NCBI GenBank assembly: GCA_963706285.1
Contig: CAVPLU010000012.1
Span: 32,001 to 96,000 of the forward strand
From: Candidatus Bathyarchaeota archaeon
GTDB lineage: Archaea > Thermoproteota > Bathyarchaeia > 40CM-2-53-6
Length of the DNA: 64,000 nucleotides
Direction of reading: 5' to 3'
Shown here: positions 20,830-31,391 of the stretch, one piece after another
How positions within the stretch are numbered: position 1 is the first letter of the stretch
How the letters are laid out: each line of letters opens with the position of its first letter
Position numbers and translations under genes: made by a program
Notes under the pieces: generated by a model
What the model saw: the letters and a program-made list of their open reading frames with translations, nothing else
What the model was told of the DNA's origin: nothing
Database searches by the model: none

Positions 20830-22002
20830 ATGGTAAGACCTCTCGCAAGTATTGTTTCCGTTGGCATCTCAAAATTCGGGATTAGAAAGGGACTGTACGC
20901 CCGTGAGCTTTTCCTGGAAGCCGCTCAAGAGGCCTTCGAGAGATGTCCGAATCTATCTCCTAGAAAGCATGTTGACGGCTTGTTTGTCGGTCAGATGAGT
21001 GAGTCATACGAGCATCAGGCGCACGTTGCACCTATGATCGCGGACTGGCTCGGTATTCTACCAGTGCCCGCATATCGCACCGAAGCTGCCTGTGCATCTT
21101 CCGGAGCAGCGATGAGATGTGCGATATTCGCGATAAAATCCGGCATGCACGACATAGTTCTAGTTGGGGGAGTCGAGAAGATGACGAACCAACCCACGGC
21201 AAGAGCGACTGAGTATTTGGGTATGGCTTCGGACTTTCCGTTTGAACAATGGCATGGGATAACATTTCCCGGCATATTTGGCATGATGGCTACGGCACAT
21301 ATGACAGAATACGGAACCACGGAAGAACAACTCGCCAAAGTCGCCGTGAAAAATCATGAGAACGGAGTATTGAACCCGAAAGCACACTTGCAGAAGAAGA
21401 TATCCGTCAGTGACGTGCTCGCGTCGCGGCCGGTCGCGTGGCCTCTGAAGCTCTACGACTGTTCAATGATATCAGACGGCGCAAGCTGCCTTATCCTCAC
21501 AAAACCCCAACTAGCCAAGAAATTCACCGATGACCCCGTCCACATTATCGGATCAGGGCAGGCCCAAGACACTCTCGGCCTCTTCGAGAGGAAGGATCCC
21601 GCGACGATGAACGCGACGAAACTGGCCGCAAGAGACGCTTACAAGATGGCAAACTTGGGTGTGAAGGATATTGACGTGGCTGAGGTCCACGACTGCTTCA
21701 CAATTGCTGAGATCATGGCGTACGAGGCCTTGGGTTTCTGCAAGCAAGGCGGAGGCGGGAAGCTGATCGACGACGGAGTCACGAATATTGGTGGTAAGAT
21801 CCCGGTCAACACGAGCGGGGGATTGAAATCCAAGGGTCATCCGGTTGGCGCCACGGGAACAGCTCAGGCCGCTGAGATCTATCTGCAGCTTGCTGGACAA
21901 GCAGGAAAACGGCAAGTAAAAGGAGCAAAGGTCGGCCTCACCCAAAATATCGGAGGCTCGGCCTCAACTGCTGTGGTCCAAATTTACCGTCGAGGGAACT
22001 AA
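20830..22002 (+). CDS. acetyl-CoA acyltransferase (thiolase)
   Basis: EAACASSG, EVHDCFTIAE, NTSGGLKSKGHPVGATG. Confidence 0.93.
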   Translation: MVRPLASIVSVGISKFGIRKGLYARELFLEAAQEAFERCPNLSPRKHVDGLFVGQMSESYEHQAHVAPMIADWLGILPVPAYRTEAACASSGAAMRCAIFAIKSGMHDIVLVGGVEKMTNQPTARATEYLGMASDFPFEQWHGITFPGIFGMMATAHMTEYGTTEEQLAKVAVKNHENGVLNPKAHLQKKISVSDVLASRPVAWPLKLYDCSMISDGASCLILTKPQLAKKFTDDPVHIIGSGQAQDTLGLFERKDPATMNATKLAARDAYKMANLGVKDIDVAEVHDCFTIAEIMAYEALGFCKQGGGGKLIDDGVTNIGGKIPVNTSGGLKSKGHPVGATGTAQAAEIYLQLAGQAGKRQVKGAKVGLTQNIGGSASTAVVQIYRRGN

Positions 22003-22003
22003 A

Positions 22004-22402
22004 ATGACGCTTGACCCGCCACCCACCATAGAGAGCTTCTACAAATTCTGCACGGAAAAGAAGTTGATGGGAGTCAAATGCGCCAAATGTGGAAAGGTCA
22101 CCGTTCCTCCCCGCGCGATCTGCGTCCACTGCAGGAACACCGACCTGGGTTGGATAGAACTGCCAAGCAGAGGAAGATTGGTCACTTACACAGTGATACA
22201 TGTAGCGCCTCCCCAGTTCGAGGCACTTGCTCCTTACGCGATCGGTATTGTTGAGTTTGCAGGAGGAGTGCGACTCCCAGGAATGGTGAAGAACGTGAAG
22301 CTGGATAGCCTGAAGATTGGCATGGAGCTTCAGACGGAATTCGAAACGTCAACTTCGAATGAATGGCCGCAGTGGCCGCGTTACTTCTTTCGTCAGCTAT
22401 GA
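22004..22402 (+). CDS. DUF35 zinc-ribbon OB-fold protein
   Basis: CAKCG...PPRAICVHC, GRLVTYTVIH, PYAIGIVE. Confidence 0.9.
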   Translation: MTLDPPPTIESFYKFCTEKKLMGVKCAKCGKVTVPPRAICVHCRNTDLGWIELPSRGRLVTYTVIHVAPPQFEALAPYAIGIVEFAGGVRLPGMVKNVKLDSLKIGMELQTEFETSTSNEWPQWPRYFFRQL

Positions 22403-22466
22403 AATTCGGCCTGATTCATCGATTACCGCCAAGATTACGGCGGAGCCGGTCCTTCCTTCTGCTTAG

Positions 22467-22874
22467 CTAGCCCTGGCAGAGTTCCACAAGTGTTCCTCTA
22501 GTCGATTTAGGATGAAGGAAAGCGATCAATTGGCCTTCTGCGCCAACTCTCGGCTCCTTGTCGATCAGAGTGGCTCCAGCTCTCTGCGCTGCGTCCAGAG
22601 TGGCGCGTATGTCATCAACCGTGAGTGCAAGATGATGCATTCCCTCGCCACGCTTGGCCAAGAAAGCCGCAACAGTACTTGTGGGATCAGTCGGTTCAAA
22701 CAGTTCGATCGAACTCCCGCCGACTTTGAAACTTGCCACGCGTATCTTCTGATCTCTGACTTCCTTGACGTAGCTTGGTTCCAGACCAAGCGTTGACCGG
22801 TAGGTCTTCAATGCTTCGTCGAGGTTTGAGACAGCTATGCCCACATGGTTGAGGCCTTTGATCAACTTCTGCAT
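22467..22874 (-). CDS. mce: methylmalonyl-CoA epimerase
   Basis: NHVGIAV, GEGMHHLAL.VDDI, AFLHPKST.GTLVEL. Confidence 0.93.
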   Translation of the reverse strand: MQKLIKGLNHVGIAVSNLDEALKTYRSTLGLEPSYVKEVRDQKIRVASFKVGGSSIELFEPTDPTSTVAAFLAKRGEGMHHLALTVDDIRATLDAAQRAGATLIDKEPRVGAEGQLIAFLHPKSTRGTLVELCQG

Positions 22875-23098
22875 CTCATTCGTCTGTCGACGTCTCATGC
22901 CTATTACGCTTGCGAATGTCTAACTCGCAATCGATGCTTGGAGTTCCCCACGACTCAAAGGACAGCTACAGCTACCACTGGCACAATCCTGCAGATCTCG
23001 AGCGCCGTACACGCGTACGATCGGGAGGATCCTGCAATGGTCGGATCTATCCGACGCACTGACAGCTAACGCTGAGCGAACGACATCTCCGCGTAAGG

Positions 23099-23362
23099 TC
23101 AGTTCTTCTCTTCGGCCTTGGTTTCTGGGAGAGTCTCAGGCTCTAGCGGTGCGGGAGGAGGGGTCGTCATCATCGTCCACCCGATCCACATCGCGATCAC
23201 GAGCACTGCAAGCACAAAGAGAAGCACAGGCAACCCTACAGCCCAATCGTGCAGCCACATGGGGAGAGAGAGTACCTGAGGGAAGAAAGCTATGAGGTAT
23301 CCTATCGCAATGATCAATGAGACTACGAAAATGCCTCCGCCATACAATTGGTCTCGATTCAC
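23099..23362 (-). CDS. small two-TM membrane protein
   Basis: Two hydrophobic helices, WIGWTMMTTPPP motif. Confidence 0.75.
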   Translation of the reverse strand: MNRDQLYGGGIFVVSLIIAIGYLIAFFPQVLSLPMWLHDWAVGLPVLLFVLAVLVIAMWIGWTMMTTPPPAPLEPETLPETKAEEKN

Positions 23363-23423
23363 ACGAAATCACTATCCAACTACTTCCGACCTCGTCATAG
23401 CATATAAAATGTTGTTCTTCCCG

Positions 23424-25269
23424 TCAGCGATAGGCGGGCCGAGTACTGACATGAAGGGGCAGTGTGAGGGGCCGGAATGGGTATCCAGCAGTTTTCTCCC
23501 TGATCTCGGCGGCGAGTCCTTCTACGGTCAATTTACGTTGGGTACCTGTTTCCCGCACACGAACCGGCAGCTCCGTTAGACCTTTCTCTCTAGCACCAAC
23601 GACTATGATGTAGGGGATCCATAGACATCTCGGCCGTTCGCACTCTCTTCTCTACAGTCTCATCAGAATCATCAACGTCAGCCCTAACTCTCGCGTCGCT
23701 CAGTTTTCTTGCGAGCTCATCGGCATATGGTAGAGAATCTCGCTTTACAGGAAGAATCCTCACCTGACTCGGTGCCAGCCAAAGTGGGAGCTGCGGCTTC
23801 TTTCCTTGCCTTTCCATCCTTGCACAAGTGTCCAATATCGTGAATATGTAACGCTCAACGGTCCCGATTAGTGCCGTATGAATTATCGGCGGATACTGCT
23901 TTGTGCTATTCTGGTCGACGTATGAAATGTCAAATCTCTTGGCATTTCCCATATCAATCTGGAACGTAGCTATTTCTCTGGGTCGGTCGAGTTCGTCGAC
24001 AATGTGATACTCAACATTGAGCACCCAGTAATAGATCCCCTCAGGGACAAAATTGAGGAGGATAGGCTTCCTTTCAAGCTTCGCCAGTTCAATGAAGTAG
24101 GACTTGTTACCTTCCAAGAAGCTCCTGGTTGTATTGTAGACTGAGACGTAGTCCCTTCCAAGTTTCGCTACCTCTTCATAGATTACCTTGTGTGCACCTA
24201 TGGACACGTCCTTCGAGTTCTCCAGATCGCGGCAATAGATGTGAAGGTCGGGCATGTGCAGTTTTCTTACCCTGAAGCATAGAAGCAACTCCCCGCTCTG
24301 CTCAAGACGATAGCTGTCTGCAACTTCGAAAGTGCCGAAAGGTATATTCCGGTAGCTGATCGTCCAATCCTTCACCATTGCGAATTGTTGGTGACATGCA
24401 GCATAACGCATGACGAAGCTCTTTTCGTCCAAATCAATCTTGTATAGCCTTGCCCCGAAAAGGTCGGCGTGTTCCTTTACGGGTTTCACTGAAAGATCGA
24501 AAAGGTTGGTCCCGCGTACCTGGAGCACTGGGATGCCGACGTGGTTGGCGATAGCCCAAGAATAGTCGGCGATTAGGTCGAATATTAGCGTGGCTTCGGG
24601 ACCGTATCTCATATGGCCAACGTCTGAGTACGGCTCCCACTCGATCCCGAATTTCCTGCAGTACTCCAGGAAACGGGGTTCGCCACCGCCTGCGAGTCCC
24701 TTCTTGAGAGCTTCTTTCTCGACGAGGCTTCTGAACTCTTCTTCTCCTTTAGAGTACCGATAATCTCCAGGACTGAATAGATGGCCTTCAAGATCCATTA
24801 TCATGTATTCCGTCGGAACGGGCGCACGTTCCCCAGTCTTCTTCTCAGCGGTTATCGTTCGCGAAAGCTCTGCCAGAGGATGCCCCAGACAATGCAGTCG
24901 GAAGCTCTTGTAATACCCGAACGGGCTTCTCTGAACTGCGAAGCCTTGATCATGGAGAAGGGCTTCCATCGTGGCGAGCACTTTGATTGCTGGATCTCTT
25001 GACGCTAGGCTGCTCGAAAGGTGTGCGTACGGGTACAGCATTACATTTCTAGTTCTCACTCGATCCGCGACTTCTTTGATCGCCTCCGATCCGTTCGCGG
25101 CGATCTTTCCTGGATCCTTTTCGTCATCTTTTTCGATTGTACAGAATGCAACTAGGACATTCTCCATTTGACCATGGGAACGTGAATCCTCGAACTCTTC
25201 TGGTTCATTAACTGCTTTCTCGCGCACCTGATACTCGAAGGATTGGGAGTGGATTAGCAGAACTCGCAA
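23424..25269 (-). CDS. thrS: threonyl-tRNA synthetase (archaeal type; indel near C-terminus)
   Basis: MRVLLIHS editing domain, YPYAHLS, MRYAACHQQF, LPLWLAPSQVR; continues WIPYIIVVG..RPAYR*. Confidence 0.95.
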
Positions 25270-25285
25270 CTGTCTTTACTCCATT

Positions 25286-25492
25286 CTATCCCGACAGACG
25301 CCATCTTTCTATCTGGCGATCCTTCTTCGATTTCTTCTTCATCTCTCTGTAATGCGTTCGGCACAAGTAAGCGCGTTTAGCGCCACCAATATCCATTTTC
25401 GCCTGTGCCACAACATCCGGTGAAACGGAACGCACGGCTGTCTGCGTGCATCCTGCGACATTGCATTTGACTCCTTTCGAGATCCTTCCCAA
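25286..25492 (-). CDS. small Cys/His protein, likely co-transcribed with thrS
   Basis: C..AGC...AVRS...YLC..HY; directly upstream of thrS. Confidence 0.75.
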   Translation of the reverse strand: MGRISKGVKCNVAGCTQTAVRSVSPDVVAQAKMDIGGAKRAYLCRTHYREMKKKSKKDRQIERWRLSG

Positions 25493-25613
25493 TTCTCAGA
25501 TGACAGCTCCTACGCCGCCAACCTTCGTACCTAGGACCTATTCAAGCGTGTCTACGTTTTTCTTACGTAACGCGATCTAATTTTGGGGTTCTGTCTGCTC
25601 TTACTTGGCTGTG

Positions 25614-26080
25614 TCAGTGTGATCTATGGCACAATCTGAGTAGCCCCTCTATGTCTTCTGGAGTGAAGGTTTCGGGCAGTGGGGGGAGATTGGGGATTGG
25701 TGGTTCCGGTCTAGGTTCAGACCACTCACCGAAATACCTTGCCTGGATCTCCCGAGCATAGTGCTCGCAGATTCCGTAGAATGTATTCATCTTCTCGTCT
25801 GCGAGATCTTTGCCTCGGAGCCAGTCTGAATCTCTGACCCTGTTTCCTGTTAACGGAAAACCCATCTTGAATAGCGCAAAGTGTGAGACCTCATGCCTCA
25901 CGCTGAACAGACTTGAGTTACGACCCAAGAGGATTACTTCAAAGTGAGTTGGAGAACGGACAACCATAGTGGCGTACTTGGAGTCGTCTAATCCTTCCTC
26001 GGGAATGTACTCGATCTCGAAGGTGACACTATCACTTAGGCCTAGCTTTTTGAGCGCTCTCTTGATCTCACGCTTGACTA
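25614..26080 (-). CDS. hypothetical protein with HExxH motif (start uncertain)
   Basis: RHEVSHF; frame stays open upstream of the listed ATG (..KREIKRALKKLGL..). Confidence 0.5.
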
Positions 26081-26419
26081 TCGACCTAGGGATCGTATAG
26101 AGTCACTTCTTTCTCTCAGTGTAGTCTATCCCTTAGCTTCTACCGTATGCGCGTTGCTGCTTGTTTCTCATCGTCGTGTGGGTGCTTGCACAATAGAGAG
26201 CTAACTCCAGAGGTCTAAGTTATCGAAGAAGTATCCGACTAAATGATAGCCAGATATTGTCGGAGAAAACAAAGGAAGACAAGTCCTAAACGATGCCCCT
26301 AGACCCTCGTTCATGGTCGACCAATCGCGCTCAATCAGGGGTTCAGGGACCTCTTGCGTGCTCCGCAAAGCGTATTCATATAGCCTTCCTTCATAAAGGA
26401 CATCTCAAGTGTCAATCAG

Positions 26420-26989
26420 GTGTGCCCTCTGGCCAAACATGAAGCGTACATCAACATAGTGAACGTCGTCGCGTCAGCCACACTGAATCAGAAGATAGAT
26501 CTCAACTCGATTGTCCGGCTTTTTCCTGGCGTCGAATATAGGCCTGAACAGTTCCCCGGACTCGTATACCGGCTGAAGAAGCCGAAGACCGCGACGTTGA
26601 TCTTCAACTCTGGGAAGATGGTGTGCACCGGAGCGACATCCGAGAAGCTAGCAAGGAAGGCAGTCACGAAAGTTGTCGACGAACTCAAAAGGAATGGAAT
26701 GGTAATCTTAGGAAAGCCGGAAATCCAGATCCAGAACATAGTATCCTCAGTGGGGCTGGGAGGCAACGTTGACCTAGAAAAGACAACATACTCGCTGAAG
26801 AGGACGATGTACGAACCCGAACAGTTCCCAGGCCTCATCTACAGAATGGATGATCCCAAAGTAGTCATACTGATCTTTGCAACCGGAAAGCTAGTGGTTA
26901 CAGGCGCCAAGAAAGAAGCAGAAGTATCCAAGGCCGTCGAAAAATTGCAGGAAACGCTCGAAGAGAAGGGACTGATAACTTACCAGTAA
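26420..26989 (+). CDS. tbp: TATA-box binding protein
   Basis: Two repeats NVVAS/NIVSS, Y.PEQFPGL.YR, LIF.(S/T)GK.V.TGA. Confidence 0.97.
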   Translation: MCPLAKHEAYINIVNVVASATLNQKIDLNSIVRLFPGVEYRPEQFPGLVYRLKKPKTATLIFNSGKMVCTGATSEKLARKAVTKVVDELKRNGMVILGKPEIQIQNIVSSVGLGGNVDLEKTTYSLKRTMYEPEQFPGLIYRMDDPKVVILIFATGKLVVTGAKKEAEVSKAVEKLQETLEEKGLITYQ

Positions 26990-27161
26990 TCCGCGATAAG
27001 TTGAGCGCGGCCTGTTTTTCTCTTGGAGAGGCGGTTTCCCTAGAGCGTACCACAATCAATTAGTATTAATTATATGTTACTTAATTCTTGCACGCTGTGT
27101 CGAATCATAGTCCAGACTGATTGAACAAGAACTGCAACTTGGAAACCGAGGCTGTCCGTAG

Positions 27162-27476
27162 TCAGTCGCTTTTCTCAACTTTGATATCTATCGTGGAGAC
27201 ATTCCGCATGTCTCCCCCTTCGCCAAGCGCTTGCGTTCCGATAGTGACCTCCCTGACCGACATCTTGCCTCCGAAGAACCTTCTCCTCACAACCTCCACG
27301 ACGTCGACTGCTCTGCTGATTGCTCTTCCTCGAGCCCTGATTGTCAGTATCTTTGCTCCACTCTGGAAGTGCATCATGACCGCAGTCGCGTAGGCCATCA
27401 CGGGCTTCTTTCCTATGAGTATCGTATCAGGGGGGATAGGCTCCCTCGGGGCACTCGGCACTGGAGCTTCTGTCAT
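27162..27476 (-). CDS. albA: chromatin protein Alba
   Basis: IGKKPVMAY, ARGRAISRAVDV, NVSTIDI. Confidence 0.95.
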   Translation of the reverse strand: MTEAPVPSAPREPIPPDTILIGKKPVMAYATAVMMHFQSGAKILTIRARGRAISRAVDVVEVVRRRFFGGKMSVREVTIGTQALGEGGDMRNVSTIDIKVEKSD

Positions 27477-28001
27477 GCAGTGTTCACCTCCGAAACAGGG
27501 TAATCCACCGATAAGTGCAAAGCTATACTTTCGAGAACTCGACTTAAGCCTTGCCATACTTACCCTCGCGAGCTTGGGAGCAAGAACTCAAAATTGACTC
27601 AGGCAAGCATCTTCTGCGACCGTCATGACCTCGCTAAATGGTCTCGCTCGATCGATTACTTTCAAGTTGCTCACGCACATCATCATTGAGAGCACAGATA
27701 CTTTTCGAATGAAGCCACAGAACGATCACCATTCCTATGTGATTTGCACAATGCCTATGCGCCAAAACGCAAAGCTCAATCCTATTTAAGCCCCGAAATA
27801 TCAAGCAGCCGCGGTTTTAGCTCCAGCATATTTTCCCTTCAATCGTTCCAGACCTCGAAGGGGCTTCTCATGAGAAAGCTGTTCAGGTCATCCCGCTCTT
27901 TTTGACAGATTTCTTTCCAGAAATCTAATGGCGATAGGCACCCCAAATGACGAACTCACAACTCAGTTTGTGGGTTGCACAATCTAGGAGGAGTAACAAT
28001 A

Positions 28002-28649
28002 TTGCCAAATGGCTTCAATGACTGGGATGGACGATCGCCGCTTCGGACACGAATAACGAATTCTGTGCACCGTGGTGCATCGTTGAATGACCGCCTCGCC
28101 GAGGCAATCTTCCGTCTACAGGCTCAAGAGAATAGGCTCGCGGGATCTGCAGCTAGGATGCAACAGCACGATAAGGAGATGTTCGACAAGTGCGTGCGAG
28201 CCCAAATTTCCAAGGACAATGCCCGAGCAGCAATGTACGCCAACGAGTGCGCACAGATCAGGAAGATGGCAAAAGTCACGCTGCAGTGCCAAATGGCACT
28301 TGAGCAAGCTGCTCTGAGGCTTGAGACTGCCCGTGAGTTTGGGAATATCGCGTCCATGATGGCTCCTGTGGCGTCCGTTGTCAAATCGGTGCAGGGGCAC
28401 ATAACAGGAATAATCCCTGAAGTGGGATACGAACTTGCCGAAATAGGGGAAGTGTTGAACAACGCCGTTTATGATGCTGGCGACTCTCTAGGCTCAGACA
28501 CGGGAATCCAGACTTCAGGTGAGGAAGCCCAAAGAATCCTCACGGAAGCCAACACTTTAGCAGAGCATAGAATGCAGCAACATTTTCCTGTACTGCCGAC
28601 AGCACCCGCCCCCATGGCTCAGAAGGCAACGGAGCAGGGATTCCAGTAG
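28002..28649 (+). CDS. ESCRT-III/Snf7 family protein (CdvB paralog)
   Basis: A.MYANECAQIRKMAK...ALEQ..LRLET; FPVLP tail; AGGAGG SD before TTG 28002. Confidence 0.9.
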   Translation: MPNGFNDWDGRSPLRTRITNSVHRGASLNDRLAEAIFRLQAQENRLAGSAARMQQHDKEMFDKCVRAQISKDNARAAMYANECAQIRKMAKVTLQCQMALEQAALRLETAREFGNIASMMAPVASVVKSVQGHITGIIPEVGYELAEIGEVLNNAVYDAGDSLGSDTGIQTSGEEAQRILTEANTLAEHRMQQHFPVLPTAPAPMAQKATEQGFQ

Positions 28650-28678
28650 AGGTACTGAGCCTCTCAGGGTGTGAACTC

Positions 28679-29393
28679 TTGGTTATGCTCGTGGAGGATG
28701 TTGGAAAGTTCCTAGGTAGAACAATTCAGAGTCCTTACAGTACGCCTGTGGGCAAACTGATCGGAATGGATACGAACATCCGCAATGAGGTGACTCAAGT
28801 CAACATTGAGCAGGAATCAGGCATCTCTGGCGAAGTATCCATCCGCTCAAGTAAAGATAGAGAACGGTTCCGTGGTGCTCACTCCTGCGTGGAAGCACGA
28901 TGCTGTGGACTTGCAGCGTGAGTACTTGACTGCATCAAAACGAATGATCGCGCTCAAATCGCTTCTCTCAGACGGAGACATCGATACGGTAGCATACAGA
29001 GAAATGGCCAGCGAATACGAAAACGCCATAAGCGCAATGGAAAGTCGCCGTGTTGCACTTGTTGATTCGCTCAAGGAAAAAACTCTGAAGCTTGAAGACG
29101 AAGTGCGAAGGCTCCAGCTGTCGTTGACAGACAACAAGCTGCTCTATTCTTCTGGAGTGGTCGAAGCGATCGCCTACAAGGACGCCTGCCAAATCATACA
29201 TGAGATGATGAACGGGCACATTGCCGAGAAGAAAGACATCCAGGGAACTATTGAGAACTTGATTTCTCTAGAAAAAGGACGCTCGGAGCAAGAACAACCA
29301 TCATCCCGTCAAGAACAACCAATATCCCGTGAAGTTGAACGAAGCATTCCCGATTTTGTCGTTGTGAAGATCAACGAAGAGATGCCAGCATAG
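28679..29393 (+). CDS. cdvA: CdvA-like cell division protein (1-nt indel near 28822)
   Basis: PRC-barrel-like N-terminus (FLGRTIQSPY..PVGKLIG), coiled coil, C-terminal FVVVKI; between cdvB genes. Confidence 0.8.
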
Positions 29394-29406
29394 GCAGTGA
29401 CGCAAC

Positions 29407-30180
29407 TTGTCCATCGTCAACAGAATCTTTCCCCACATCCATGAGGTTCCGCTGAAAGAGCAAATCATGAAAGCTAGTTCTAGACTCGAAATCCAGAAAG
29501 AAAGACTCGAAAGTATGGCAATCAAGATTCAGCGGAAAGATCGGGACCTTTTCGAACGATGCGTTGGTGCAGAGGCATCCAAGGATCTCGCACATGCAAG
29601 ATTGTACGCCAACGAGTGCGCTCAAGTGAGAAGTATCGCTCACATAATCATGAGCAGTCAACTTGCACTTGAGCAGGTGATCTTCAAACTCGGCATGGCG
29701 CTTGAATTCGGCGAAGTCATGTCTGATATGAAACCAATAGTCGGCATTGTCGCCGAAACAAAAGGAAGGATATCAGGAATCGTTCCGCACATAGCGAGCG
29801 AGCTCGGGGAAATAAACACCATGCTGGAGGACCTTAGCGAGGAAACAGGTCCGGTTCTGGACAACACAGTAGATGTCCAGACCACCAGCGAAGATGCGAA
29901 GAAGGTCCTCGAAGAGTCATCTGCGATTGCACAAGAGCGCCTAACTCAGACGTTTCCCAAACTGCCAGAGCTAGCTCTCGAACAGAACAAAGCTCCATCG
30001 GAGCAACTGTCTATCGTTGCGCACGAACCAGGAGTAGAGCGACGCGTCTACGACTACATCAAGGCACACCAAGGAAACTTGCACCTCTCCGATGCAGCAC
30101 GCATCCTGGACATACCGCCAGACAAAGTGAGGGAAGCCCTCGACCGGTTGGAAAGTGAGGGAAAAGTAGTTGTCGAGTAG
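29407..30180 (+). CDS. cdvB: CdvB (ESCRT-III with C-terminal winged helix)
   Basis: YANECAQVR, FPKLPE, VYDYIK.HQG.L.LSDAA..L wH domain. Confidence 0.9.
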   Translation: MSIVNRIFPHIHEVPLKEQIMKASSRLEIQKERLESMAIKIQRKDRDLFERCVGAEASKDLAHARLYANECAQVRSIAHIIMSSQLALEQVIFKLGMALEFGEVMSDMKPIVGIVAETKGRISGIVPHIASELGEINTMLEDLSEETGPVLDNTVDVQTTSEDAKKVLEESSAIAQERLTQTFPKLPELALEQNKAPSEQLSIVAHEPGVERRVYDYIKAHQGNLHLSDAARILDIPPDKVREALDRLESEGKVVVE

Positions 30181-31387
30181 CGCTCCTAACGGGAGCCAAA
30201 ACACCTTACAGACGTTCGGAACTCCTCCACCTGTTCATTCGGGCACCGGATCGGGTTCTGCCTCTGAAGAGCTCGAGAGCTTGGCAGTACGTTATGCAAA
30301 TGAGGCTATCCAATTTGATAGACAGGGTTCCAAAGGAATGGCCATCTCGCGCTATCAAAGAGCATCCGAGGTGCTGCTGAAACTATGTTCACTGTACCCC
30401 GAGGCGCCCACAAACAAGGTCTACATGGAGCATATTGAGAACTATCGGAGAAGAATGAAAGAACTCAACGACCAAGGCCCCCGAACTGGCTCGAATCACT
30501 CGTCACAGCTCGCAGCTGAACAGACCGAGCATTTTTCCCCGATTCAGAAGCCGAATGTTAGATGGAATGATATTGCGGACCTACGTGACGCCAAGATGGC
30601 CGTAGAGGAATCTGTGATCTACCCGGCCAGGCGTCCTGATCTGTTCCCGCTTGGGTGGCCTAGAGGCATTTTGTTCTTTGGCCCTCCAGGTTGTGGTAAG
30701 ACCTTACTGGCGGCCGCAATTGCTACTGAAATCAACGCAGATTTCTTCTGCGTTGACGCCGCGTCGGTCATGGACAAGTGGCTGGGCCAGTCTGAGAAGA
30801 ACGTCGCAAACCTCTTTCAAGACGCAAGACGAGCCTCAGCGTCAGGAAAGCCTGCAATAATTTTCATTGACGAAGTGGACTCTCTCGTGGGAATTAGAGC
30901 AGATGAAGTCGGCGGAGAAGTTCGCACGAGAAATCAATTCTTGAAAGAGATGGATAGCATATCAGACAAGTCCAACCCTACCCATGTGTATGTGGTAGGC
31001 GCCACGAACAAGCCATGGGCGCTTGACGAAGCTTTCATCCGGCGTTTTCAGAGACGAATTTTCGTTCCCCTACCCAACGTCGAAGCGCGTACTGAACTCG
31101 TCTCCATATACTCAAAGGAATTGACGATGAGTGGGGACGTGAGCACAGATGAGGTAGTCCGGATAACGGATGGCTATTCTGCAAGTGACATACGCGATAT
31201 TCTGCAATCTGCACAAATCAAAGTCGTCCGGGAACTCTTCCAATCACAGAAGATTACCGAACGCTCTCGACCGAGAGCGATCTCCATGGAGGACATTCGT
31301 GAGACTCTCCACAGGCGACGTCCGAGCGTATCATCGGATACGCTCCGATTCTACGACAAATGGTACGAAAGATACAAGGCGCTGTGA
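30170..31387 (+). CDS. cdvC: CdvC/Vps4 AAA+ ATPase
   Basis: MIT domain, PDLFPLGWPRGILFFGPPGCGKT, IFIDEVD, ATNKPW.LDEAFIRRF. Confidence 0.95.
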   Translation: MSSSAPNGSQNTLQTFGTPPPVHSGTGSGSASEELESLAVRYANEAIQFDRQGSKGMAISRYQRASEVLLKLCSLYPEAPTNKVYMEHIENYRRRMKELNDQGPRTGSNHSSQLAAEQTEHFSPIQKPNVRWNDIADLRDAKMAVEESVIYPARRPDLFPLGWPRGILFFGPPGCGKTLLAAAIATEINADFFCVDAASVMDKWLGQSEKNVANLFQDARRASASGKPAIIFIDEVDSLVGIRADEVGGEVRTRNQFLKEMDSISDKSNPTHVYVVGATNKPWALDEAFIRRFQRRIFVPLPNVEARTELVSIYSKELTMSGDVSTDEVVRITDGYSASDIRDILQSAQIKVVRELFQSQKITERSRPRAISMEDIRETLHRRRPSVSSDTLRFYDKWYERYKAL

Positions 31388-31391
31388 GACC

